In this document: positions 36,288 to 48,300 of the stretch, piece after piece
Position numbering within the stretch: position 1 is the stretch's first letter
How the letters are laid out: the number at the start of each line of letters is the position of its first letter
Assembly (NCBI GenBank): GCA_965285935.1
Contig: OZ260663.1
Span: 102,238,001 to 102,302,000, forward strand
Direction: 5' to 3'
From: Ophelia neglecta
Lineage: Eukaryota
DNA: 64,000 nucleotides
Program-made: the position numbers and the translations under genes
The notes under the pieces: model-generated
Told to the model about the DNA's origin: nothing
Database searches by the model: none
Seen by the model: only the letters and a program-made list of their open reading frames with translations

Positions 36288-37367
36288 ATAACTCAGTCAC
36301 GCATCCAGCGCTGAAGCAGCTTTATTGGTTACCAATAAGCAGGCGTGTAGACTACAAGGTACTTTAAATGACATGCAAAGTGCTGAATAGCTTGGCACCA
36401 TTGTACATTGCCGACCTATTGCAGGTATTTTATGATTATGAATAATGCTTTTAACTAGTTCAGTGCCAGCACACTGCTTTCTTATAGTGGTGTAAGCACA
36501 TGTACATATTCCTTCACTAACAAAGAAGGAATAGGATTTTATGAAGAATGACCTTTATAAAGCCTCAACGTACACCTTGAATCAGTGCGCTTGGACCTGT
36601 TGGTCATTTGTCCAGAGAGTGACAATACGCCCTCTAACGATACAGATTGAGAAGCACCGGTATCTCTTTATATCCACAGAGGCCGTTGGTTTTACTTAAT
36701 ACCTGATGTGAAACAAATCTTTGAGAATAGATAGGCTTAAAGTTCTCATTAATAATAACATCAGAATTAATCAGTTTGCCCATCTACAGTAGCTAATGCA
36801 AGGACTAGACACACAGACACTCTGGAAAAAACTGAGAAAACAAATGCAATAGGGGAAACCTTCCTTTCTTCCGCTCTCTGCCGCTCAAAGCACACTGAAC
36901 TATGATGGCATACCATTTTACAGTATGCACAGGCAGGTTTATACTTGGGCCTAGAAGTGATGACTTTTGGGCATTCATATCCGTATTACACCTCGAGAGT
37001 CTATGTTATCTATCTGTCGCTCCCGGGCCCTGGCCAACTATACCACTGTCTCTAGTTCCCTATTTATTGCTCCCATCCCACCGAACAAATCTATAGCCGA
37101 TTAAAATAGAGCTCCTATATTAATACCCTGTTATAAGGATTTGCCATTTATTATATTTTCATTTCTTTATTTCGCCTCCTCGTGGGAGAGAGTACATCAC
37201 GTAGTATTATAACATACCCGGTGTACACTAAAATCCTGACGAAAGTATGCATGATAATTCTGGATTACGATAAATACAATGACTCAATACGCTTAACTAT
37301 TTGGGCCTATGCAATATCACTAGTGTTTGAGTGGCTAAACATTTACACCAAATATAGTGACATATAA

Positions 37368-37590
37368 GGGGCCGACCATTTGATAATATAGGGGGGGGGG
37401 GGGGGGGTTCAAAACATTTTTTTTCATAATTCCCCTGCAAATATTTTTTCTTCGGTAAGTTCATTCATCATTTTCTCACTTTTTTTTTTCTCAAGTAGTG
37501 TGACAAACATTCTTTTTGGCCAGAGCTGGCCAACAAACTTTTTTTTTCTAAATTTTTCTCCCCCCCTCCTACATTATCAAATGGTCGGAC
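37368..37590. mobile_element. MITE (PIF/Harbinger-like)
   Basis: TIR CCGACCATTTGATAAT / ATTATCAAATGGTCGG with G and C tracts inside; flanked by TAA on both sides; right tip imperfect. Confidence 0.65.
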
Positions 37591-40500
37591 TAAAAGCCAC
37601 TCGGGCGGTAATTAATGAGTTTGGCCCTAGTCGTCATTATGTTGTGAACAATAATGGCGACGTCTGGGTCCCCGCAGGTAAGTATGTCAATACAAACTCC
37701 ATACGCCGTATCCAGTGCTAGTGATTGTGCGAACGCCGCTACTAGTGGCGATTGCTGAGGGGTGAGAACCGGACACATTAAGAGGAGATGCTGGAGGGTA
37801 GGTTGTCCCTTGCATATGCAGCATGATGTCTCTGTGGGCCCGAATCCCTCTCCACAGATCACTCGGACCATTGTTTTGCATGGCTTTAGTATGCGGGGGT
37901 GCCTTTCTGCCGTGCTCCACCAAATGTTTAGTTTACTGCCATCTACTGCGTCTCTGAGAATGGCGAGCTTTGGGTACATGATAATGCGTAGTTTCCAGCT
38001 GTTACATTGTAGATATCTAACAACGTGTTTCACCCTTTTTTTCCAAAGTTCCTTTGTGGGATATTGACCAGTCACTATCATATCTCTAAAGTCCCCGTCC
38101 AGGCCGTATCTGACTGCGGTTTCAAACATAATACTGATGGGACTCCTATGGTTGTTGGCACCATTCTCCAGTATATTTGACATGACTCGGGGGGCTATCT
38201 TCTTATATGTTGTCAGTTGGGAGGGCAATAAGATCCCTGAGAAGAATCAGTCGTCTTTTGTCTACATACATTTCAGGCCGTACAATAACGACGGAATGAC
38301 AATTGTCCAGTATAAGTGAGATGCGGCTGTGGGTAGAAGTCCGCCCCGACTGCAATGGCCAAGACCCCACATTGCATTACACTTCTTTATGGCCTTGTCT
38401 AAACGAGCTTCGACCGCCTCCTTAAGCTTCCTAAAGTCTGTTATTATGGGCACGTCCATGCGCGTTGCTTGTGTCACTTTTTTTATTTGAGAAAATCCGA
38501 GGCGGATATCACCATAGTATTCTGTTTTTGTTCCAAATGTCAATATTTTGCATTTCGAAGCATTAAACTGAAAGCGCCATTTCTTTGAATAATTATTTGC
38601 GAAGTCACACATTTTCTGAATGTTTCTTCGAAAGAGGGCGACAATTGTGACGTCGTCGGCAAAACTAGGGCACCCAACTAGTGTATCGTACACGTGACAC
38701 ACCAGACTCCTCCGGGAGATTCAAAAGATCCGCGAAGTTCAACATGAATAATGGCATTGACATTACGCCCCCTTGGTGCATTTATTCCCTTTGAGAAGCC
38801 TGCATGGGGGAGTGAGTCCCATGCGAGTTTATACATAGAACTTACAACTTCTCCTATCACACTGTCAACATCCACCATATCTTGTCTCTCACCACCTAAA
38901 TATTGACGTCTTATTTCTCTCAATATGTCTTGCATTGGTACAGTGTATTGTTGTTTGGTATCACGAGTGTCTAGTCTTTTCCATGCAATCCTGCTTTTAT
39001 ATCGACCACTGATCTCTGGTTTTAAGCCTTCGATTCTAACCTCTGTTTTGATAGGTAGGTGGTCAGAGGGGTTCAAAGGGTCTTCGATCACATGACACTA
39101 TGCGCTCCTCTAGGATCGCTGATATCGCTACATGGTCAATGTATGATCTGCCTTGGTGGTGACCGCTAGTTCACTCCTGTCCCACATGTCATGTCCACCA
39201 ACACAATACCAAGTTCTCGAGCCATTTTTATCAGCTTACGGCCATTTCTAGTGCCCGTTCCCATACCTCTATTGCCACACGTCCCCACATCTGCATTCAT
39301 GTCCCCAGCTATAAACACTTGGCCTTTGTCTTGTAAGTCTGTTATAAGCTCATACATTTCGCAGAGGCTGTTGTCAAATGATGCTATCCTACAGTCCGTT
39401 TGGGGTAAGTATACACAGACTATATAAATGTTGAGACCTGTTTCTGTAGTGATTTGGATGCAGCACATCCGGTCGTTTTTGTATTTCCCTTTCAGTGTTA
39501 TATCGAATACTCCTGATAAGGACTTTTGCCAGGGGATGGTGACGCCACCGTGACCAATCACACTCCCACAATCGCCATCAGATAATCTTGCACTAGAAAC
39601 AGCTGTAGAGGAAATTGGCATTTATCTCACCAAGCTTATTATGTTCGCATGGATAAAGAAAATATTCTAATAAGCATATTATATCACATTTTTCCATTCA
39701 CTTACAACAACAAAATTTTGAGCCCATAAGCCCGTTCACATTCCGTTCTCACACTCTGAGATTTGCCACAGGATCGTTAGCAGAAATGTTATTATATAAT
39801 TACGATTGTTCATTTTACCTTTACTAGTTTGCCTCGTATTAGACATAGCTATGATAAAACAGATAGTAGTGAGAACAAGGGCTGGGGTAATAAATTTAGT
39901 ATTTGTATTAGCCACTAAAATGTACTTGGTTTGTGTCATGGCGTGACCAGCTATCTTCATACTCGGTATCATAAACATGTCCCCAGTCATCAGTTTCCCC
40001 GTCGTGTCGTTTATATCTCCAACCATACGCATGCTGGCGTAGGTTTCGATTTATCTCCTGCTCGTGTGTTTTCTCTTCTTTGGTTAGCCACACTCTACAT
40101 GTTATGTCCTCAGGCCAGAAGGCCTCATGAAGCAGCTTCTCAACGTCGGATTCAAGGGCATTGATTTTGCAGCCTAACCTTAGCTCCGAGTACCAGTTTT
40201 TTTATTGTTCACCTGCTTAGTAGAACCGCCTTGCCTTTGCCCATTGTTTTATTTCGTTTTCTATGTCACCAGGGATTAGTAGGGTATACTCTCCCCTCGG
40301 AACTGCATGGAGGTTCACCTTTGGGTTGCCCATGATCTGCTTTAATTGACCTGTCCTTGCTGGTCGTTGCAGGACCGATCAGAGGTGACCACCTTTATGG
40401 TACCTGTATCTGCTGTTTCTGTTGTTGTCCTGCTGAAGTCAATCTCAGGTGAGGGGCCGGCCTGGGTGGTCAGTGGCACATCGATTGAACTGGCCGTGTT

Positions 40501-41212
40501 GTTCTCACCTGGGCCGTTTCTAGATGTGGTACCAGACATCTGTTGTACGGGAAATTTGCTTTTTTCCCTATTGTACACTTCTTTCCAACTTTCGTAATTG
40601 GTTGATATCTCACTAACCATTGCCTCCAGATTTAAGATTTTCTGTTCTAGGCTAACTTTGATTTCATTAGATAATTTCACTAAGTTTCTTTCACGTTCGG
40701 CTCCGATAGCTATTACTTCATTTAATCTTATCACAATAGAGAGTTGCTTGACAGACACATTACCTTCATCAGTGCTGTTCTGAACATTTCCGTTAGTTTG
40801 GTTAACTCCAGTCTTAGAGGCAATGGCTAGATTTCCTCCTCCTCCAAATAATTTGTATGGGAAGGAAGGTCTCAGTCCTTCAATATATGTGTAACACTCA
40901 TATATGTCATCCCCTCGTGATGTTTCTTTGTCCTTTCCAGTTCTCCTGCACAACACTAGGTTCGGCACTAGGTCCGCATCAACGCCGTTAGCTATACTCC
41001 ATTGTGAAAATTGGCTTACTGCATAGTTTGCCAATATTTCTCTTGATTCCTTTATGACCTTTTCTGCTATGTCCTCGAGAATAGTTTCGACAAATTCTCC
41101 TTTTGGTTTAACATCAGCCTGTAGAAGAATGTGTCTCAGACCATCGTCTATTTCATGTAGATAGAGGATATTAAGGGTGACCTGAGATTCAAATGCTGCG
41201 CTGGTCGCAGTC
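37590..41212 (-). mobile_element. Degenerate non-LTR retrotransposon (RTE-X-like): ORF1, APE endonuclease, partial RT and CCHC
   Basis: APE motifs GHGGV, VYLPQ, AGDMNA and SDHLP; RT SFADDV..YSKKWRFQFNASK; C-terminal CCICK..HLLLMC. Internal deletion near 38700. The clade call is tentative. Confidence 0.8.
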
Positions 41213-41221
41213 TTATATCAA

Positions 41222-41315
41222 CCATCGCAGTAATGAGCTTTAGTTATAAAGCGTCATGACGTCGATGTGTTGTTTCAAATGATTACCAGTCTTATATATG
41301 ACTTATAAAACTGGA
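41222..41315 (+). pseudogene. Decayed LRR pseudo-exon (copy B)
   Basis: Homolog of 22-115; ends CTT ATA AAA CTG GA|GTAAG. Confidence 0.45.
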
Positions 41316-41670
41316 GTAAGAACCTTACAGCTTCGTATGTCTATTTAGCTGTACTGCCTCCTGATAATTTAGCTGAATGCCATTATGGCGATGCTCCAAT
41401 ATAAGAAATATATCACAAAGATTCCAGGCGGGAACAATTCGAGACATTACTTTTGTCAGTGAAGTACCCAGTTTAAAAGTTATAAAATCTATCAGCGCAC
41501 TACACAACTAAATATAAATTTCGGCAAACCTCAAGCCTAAGCAGCGTTATATTATACTTCGGCTTTGCTAGCGACGGGCGACAGCAACACTCGGTAGAAA
41601 CCTTTTCCAACAAGTTCTAATTATATATGTTAAAAGATAGCTTACTCTAAGTTACTTTCTTTTTTTACAG

Positions 41671-41749
41671 TTTGTCACTAAAAGACCTGTCAGGTGCTTT
41701 GAAAAGAAAAATGAAGAAGGAGTTCGACGATCGGATCACATTCTTGTAA
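41671..41749 (+). CDS. Terminal coding exon of the LRR gene, copy B: (D)LSLKDLSGALKRKMKKEFDDRITFL*
   Basis: TTTTTTACAG acceptor, phase 2, open to TAA; ungapped alignment to 471-549. Confidence 0.65.
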
Positions 41750-42189
41750 CTCGCTTCAAACCACGTATAAATGTAGAGCTTAGACTGTACACATGATGTT
41801 TGTGATATGAAAGGTATATTCTATACTTTGAATAAAACAATTCAGCTTGTGTCTGTGACGATATAAACCCTAGGCTGCTGACACTCTCATATGTGTCTCT
41901 GAGAGTAGATACCATTTATAATTCATTTCAGTCTGTATACACTAAAGTCACTTTTTACAAGCCACGTATATACATACTGAGCTGAGGCTTTTACAAACGT
42001 TCTGATGAGGTACGAGGAATGTAAATACTAAAGTCACTTTTTACAAGCCACGTATATATATTTACTGAGATGAGGCTTTAGAAATGTTGTCATAAGATAT
42101 AAGCAATAAACATTGTACATTGAATGCTTCATTCCACTCTGTGTCTGGGAGATCTGGTTCATAGTTATATTTGGCCTGAATTTGTTCTG

Positions 42190-43765
42190 GTTATGAAAAT
42201 ATATCGTCTAGTATTAAGGCGACCAGTGATGCTTACAATGATGTATTGTATTAGCTTTTAAATGTATCACTTGAACAGGGAGGTTTTCATGATTAATAAA
42301 AGATTGTAAGGGTCATTCCTCTTTATTAAAGCGACAATGAAATGATTCTTAGTAATTACAGGCCTGTTCCCATTCTGTCTGTATTCTCTAAAGTACTGGA
42401 GAAGCTAATTTACACAAGACTTAGGGAATATATATATTTAATCATGAAAGAGTATATTATCCATAATTTGTCTTCAATAACACTTCAATAAGGATTTTGA
42501 TACTGTGAATCATAAGGTTCTTCTCGATAAGCTGTGTAAATATGTTAGACGAGGTGCAGCATTAAGTAAGTGTCAGAGCTAATTATCTTATTGACAGCCA
42601 TATATTAAATCATCAAAAGTTGGTTTTTAATTGTGAAGTGCCACAGAGGTTACAACTAGGAACGCTGTTATTTTATTATATATTAACGACATCACCAATG
42701 CCTCAATTTTGTTTTTTCCACCTTTTTTGCTGGTGATACTTATGCTTTTATTGATGGCAAATAGTATTCAGCTGATACAAACAATGAATGAAGAACAAGC
42801 CAAGTTACTGGTGAGGTTTCATGCAAATAAGCGTTTTATGTTACGAAAACAAACTTTATCATTATTGTTATGCGTAGGAAGGAACATGTGTTAGTTATTA
42901 ATGTGGTTTTTGCAAGCATATCTCTCGACAAGTTTAGTAACATTTTAGACATCATCATCAGAGATAAAAAACTAAAATAGGGTATAGGTGTTTTGTATTA
43001 AGCTACAAAAACGCTTATATATATCGACTCTTGTAACCTTATATTAATCTTTCATTTATCCATACATATACTATTGTATTGAAGTTTAGTGCGCCGCGTG
43101 TCCCTATCTTCTGTTGCCAAATTTCCCTAATGCAAAAACAGGTTGTGAAAATTCTATATTCTTCTTCATAATATTATCACCTTGTTTTAGTAACTTAACG
43201 TACAACAAGTTAAAAAGAATAAAACTTCTATTCGATGGCCATACTTATGTTTAGATTAAACATCAGCAACAACCCAAGATTTTCAATGATTTTTTACTAG
43301 AAATAAGGACATTCACATGTATACTAATACAAGGCAGGCCTCGCAAGTCAATGTCCCTATGTCGAAAACGTCGGCATTTTCAAAATCAGTAAAATTTAAA
43401 GGTGTAATGCTAAGGAATTTATTGTCATTTAGAGTTGAATGTTTTTGTTGTATTTCAAATTATGAGAATAATATAAAGACCTATCTTTGATCAGATGCCA
43501 TTTCACTGCTTCCCCCTCTATGGACAATTGTTTAATGAAGCTAAATCACTAGGCCTATTTGTTTAAATTTTGTTTTAAATAATACTAATTGAATGTATTT
43601 TTGTACCATCTGTACTGCTTTGCACACACTAATGTATGCTATTATTGTACCTAATATGTGAACTCATCATCCTGCCTTAGAGTCCAGTGCCCTTTGCTTC
43701 TGCTATTTCACGTATATTGCCTGGACCTTTAATATGTATATATGTACAAATCAGGAATAAATAAA
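42190..43765 (+). mobile_element. Degenerate CR1-like LINE (copy B of 720-2180, longer at the 5' end)
   Basis: Same RT remnants plus an upstream KIVRVIPL..NYRP region. Confidence 0.75.
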
Positions 43766-45063
43766 CACTTTTTGAATTGAAATTATTGCGATTATTTTTA
43801 CAGTTACATTTTGAACATTGAATTAGTCATATTATTCTTGTCACAATCTGCGTACTTTTCGTCCAGCCGATATGAGAGCCATGTTTAGTATACTATGCCA
43901 TTTGACTGTGACAACTTTATGTTCTTTAAAGTTCATAGGTCCCTCTTTGATCTTTTTATGAATTGCAAAATCCATGTTATCATGCTGAGATATATATGTC
44001 ATATTAATATGTTGAGGGCATTGTAAAATTAATTGAACACTCATGACTAGTAATTTCTATACATATGGTTATATAATATATTGAATTAAAGTCTGAATAT
44101 CGTACGCAATGCATTTCTTTGTTGTTATGTACGGGCTAGCAAATGTTCCAATTTTGAACCCTATAGCTAACAAACCGCAGCATAACAAGGGAACTGACGT
44201 GCAGCATCCAACATTATGGTGACATGTGATTATATAAGTTTAATATAGGTGAAAATGGGTAAGTACAAATGATACATGTAGGCAACCATTCCAACAACAG
44301 AACAACAAGGTCAACAAATTACGATACTGCATTACAAAGACTTACACAGATTGACATAAACATTGAGTTTACTTCCTGGCAAAAGGCTGAACTTGCGGGT
44401 TGCAATATCAGGGAAAGCGAGGCAAATTGAAAAGGTTTGCTGAAGGATTGAATATGAGATGATCGACGTCCAAATATCCTAGTGGAGGTCGGTAGTGACA
44501 GGCGTTGGCGTCGGGAAGCATCCGAGGGTACGTAGACGACCAACCGGGTGCCAAAGATGTGGTGGGCGACCGTTAATAAGCCGAGCGGCGTACAGTCACA
44601 CACTACCAGAAATAAAGTTATCTTCCTAACCTCAGGCCTGCAAGAGGGCAGACACTAAATCACACATCGAAAGTAAATGGATACCATACTTGCAAGATCA
44701 CATGGCCGTTATGGCAGATGACACAGTGGGGGCAATGGATGTAATGCCCCCAGACTACAGTCTCCTGGTAGTGTCCCACCGATTACATTATCTCCACCAC
44801 AGGAATCGCGAGCACTTTCTCCAACCGAGAATAACTCCACTATAGTGCAGGCTCCACATAGTGGAAACGACTTACAAGTTTGGGTTGAAAGCCTCGGTTC
44901 CACATAGTTGACCTTACACACTAATAAGATTTGCATGGCAATATTGCAGTGCGTAACATTGTTTACTGTTCTAAAACCACTCACGTGTTTATAAACGTTT
45001 CTAAGCACACCGATAGCTAACTCGTTTGTACAATGATTTCATTAATTTATTTCATCACACCTG

Positions 45064-45333
45064 CCTTGCGTTCAATAAACGCAAACGTTGGCCTATCCCA
45101 GTTTCCGATACAGATCTCTTTATTGAACGAATCGCGAACGTTTGCTACTAGGCCCCGCCCACAAGATAACAGAACATGTGCACACCCATCCGCCCTTTTG
45201 GTTTTCTTGGCGCACCACCTTCAAATACGTTTGCGATTGGTTGCGAACGTTTTCGGCAAACGAACCATTCAGTTACGGAATTTCGCGAAACGTTTGTGAT
45301 GTTTGCGAACGTTTTCGTTTATTGAACGCAAGG
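45064..45333. mobile_element. 270-bp MITE with CTG (CWG) TSD, PIF/Harbinger-like; copy B only
   Basis: TIR CCTTGCGTTCAATAAACG / CGTTTATTGAACGCAAGG; CTG duplicated at 45061-45063 and 45334-45336; empty site CACACCTGGTATT at 11303; internal GCGAACGTTT repeats. Confidence 0.88.
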
Positions 45334-48300
45334 CTGGTATTTGCTGCACATTTGCTATCCGTCGACGTCACATAACAAATGAAGTCATTTCAAGTCACCA
45401 TCAAAGGCTCCTCACAACACAAAGATCAAAGCTTAATCGGCTACAATGAAAACTAGGTGTAGATGGAGGAAATGTACAATAATAATTTGAGGATTTTTTT
45501 AATTTGGGATGATGTAATTGATTATGAGCATGTGCACATGTTCAGAGATTCAAAAATGGCTATTCTGAATATAGTCAACAGTGCTCCATGATGCGAGTAG
45601 GTGCACAAAACGAAACCATCACAGTTCAACGAAGGTTAGAAATTAAATATGCTCTAGGAGAGCTTAAGATGAACTATTAGCCTAATACTGGTGAGATTAT
45701 ATATGACTTTGTATACAAATAAAATAAAATAAAACCAAGATCAGAGAACTATTGTAAGAGGTCCCTGCATACGGAAGAAAATAGTATTGAGCCTAGTTCA
45801 GTTCTATGAAGTGTTTGAGCTAAGTCCATCACAGTCTCTCTTACGACATATTATATCTTTGTCCATCGTTGGCCACTGATGTGCTCTAACTCATATCATG
45901 AACCTCAGGAATACTTTCACTGCAACACCTATACTGTACTGTAGCGATACAGATACACAAATAATAAAACAATGACATATAATGAGGCAATTTATACCTG
46001 CTACTGCCAGCAAATAGAGACTGTAGAAAGAAGATGCTATTTTGTATGTGGGATTTTATTGCAGCAAATGCAGATTTCAATAACTAAACCGTTATAGTAT
46101 CTGTTAAGATCTCTTTAGGAAGAGGGTGGGGGGGGGGGGGGATAGGCCCTTCGGTTGACTTGGATGTCCCTTGGATGGCGCATATGGCTAAGAGACCCCA
46201 GAGTTAATTGGATTAGGGAGGGAGGGGGGGGGGGCAGTCCCATGTTAGACTGGGAGGCTTCGAGCCGGTTGGGTTTGATAAACTTCACGGTGAACAGGGA
46301 GTTGGGGAGGGGGTATGGTGGAGAGGTCGACCCCAATTGTGCGTCAATCTAGTACAGATTAAGAACTTGACAGGTGATATAGTCTCTTACTAATTCCGAT
46401 ATCGCTCAAAACGTCTCTCGGGGGCGTTCCACAAATGGACATTATATTTATTGATACTGACACCTTTATATGTTTATTAAGTCATATCTACCGTTTGGAA
46501 AATATGTTGGATTTCAACTGCTAGCGACCGGCGAAAAAACAAATTTCAAACTAACTCTGTGTCAACTTTTCCTGGAAAAAAAATGTTGTTGCGTGAGCAC
46601 TTTCTGGTGGGTAGGTGTATATTTGCTTTCTTCGTCATTTTTTTTGCCAATTTGACCTTGAGAATATAGTTAAAAATCGGCGGCGAAGGTGTCAGCAGGT
46701 CCCCTTGTGCCCTTCTAAGCTATTTCTTTCAAAGCCACTATTTGCGTCTCAATTTTCTGAGTCATCCAACGTTCTTTTAACGCCTTGAAGTACTATTTAC
46801 TCTGGTGAAATACCAAGTCCTAGCGAATAGAAGGCAAACACTTTGCAAGCATATCATATGATTTCTTTAATAAGGTTTACAGTCTGAATATAGTTATATT
46901 GGGTCAATTGTAAGCTATGTATTTGAAAATCTGACTAAAAACACGATGCCGATAGATGATCTCCCAAAAGCATACTTGAATTGTAAAGTCCTCATGATCC
47001 AGGTATAGCGCATGGTACATGGAAACCACTTAAGTTATATTCAGATGTGAGGGTTGAAGTGGTTTTGCTTGGGGGGGGGGGGGGGCAGGGGGGGGGGGGG
47101 CAGATACTCACTGGTGTTTGAAGACGGTTATAATAGTATATGCAGCCGTTAAGATCTAAGACTCGGCTATATTTGTTTTTCTTGTGAGCATGGCGGAGTT
47201 ATGACAGGTAAGTAAATGGTATAACAAAGAAACGCACTCTCGTCAAAAGCCGTGCTGTCATCTATAACCGCTCCACACCGGGCCTAATGTCAGTGTGAAT
47301 AAAACTATCTACATTAGACATTGTATAGGCGGCGTATTAATAGCGCGATTGATTTATTGATTAATTGTAGCGTGCATTAAATACTAGTAAATACAGGTTA
47401 TAGCCGTTAAGATCTCAGAGTCGGCTATATATGTTTTTTGTGAGCATATTATTGCGCGATTGATTGATTGTATCTTGCATTAACCACAATTGGAAAATTT
47501 AATACATAAGATAAAACCAGCATTACCAGCTTAAACACATACAAAAAGTATAAGCGTGCATGAAACTGTTTCAGAGCAGGCATCTCCCCCAGTAAGGGCA
47601 TACATTTACACAGTATGTACATAGGGCCATCGAGTACATATAAATGCAGATGTCAAGAAGACGTGGAAGACGTGAAAAAAAGGAGAGTTTTCAACCCGTG
47701 TTTATATTAGCCCTTGCTTTATCTGCATTTTACCTCCACATCCCCATGCAAATGACTAACTCGTATCTGCACTGGAGGTGTATGGTAAATCACTAAATAT
47801 AAATTCCATGGGACATTAATTGAAATACATTTAATAGCAGCATTTGACTGCATAAAATTGGCAAATAGTGCTCAAACATACCCACTACCGTGATTTTATA
47901 AACGTTCGGCCGCATCCAGCCGTCAACAAATGGCTAGTATCGCCGAGAAAAAAGTGCCCTTTGGCGTAATCCGTTCTTAGCTTTGCAAGCGAAAATAGAA
48001 AAGATATTTCATGACAAACGGTTGAACCTTTTTTTCTACTGGGGGCCCTTGACAAACAGCCGGACTTCTGGTTGTCTTTACATTACTGACGCATGTTCAT
48101 AGTGGGCTACAATAATAAGGCGCTTTTTTCCATTGGAAAAATGTGATTGTCATTATTGGTTACATTGTTACTCTTATTCAAGCCTTTGCAGGGAGACAAA
48201 TATATATATTTTCTAAACATCCATCCGAATTGTACTTAACTAGTATCAACGGCTTGTTCACTCATTTATTTCAAGAAATCCTGGTAAAGTCCGGGCCTCT

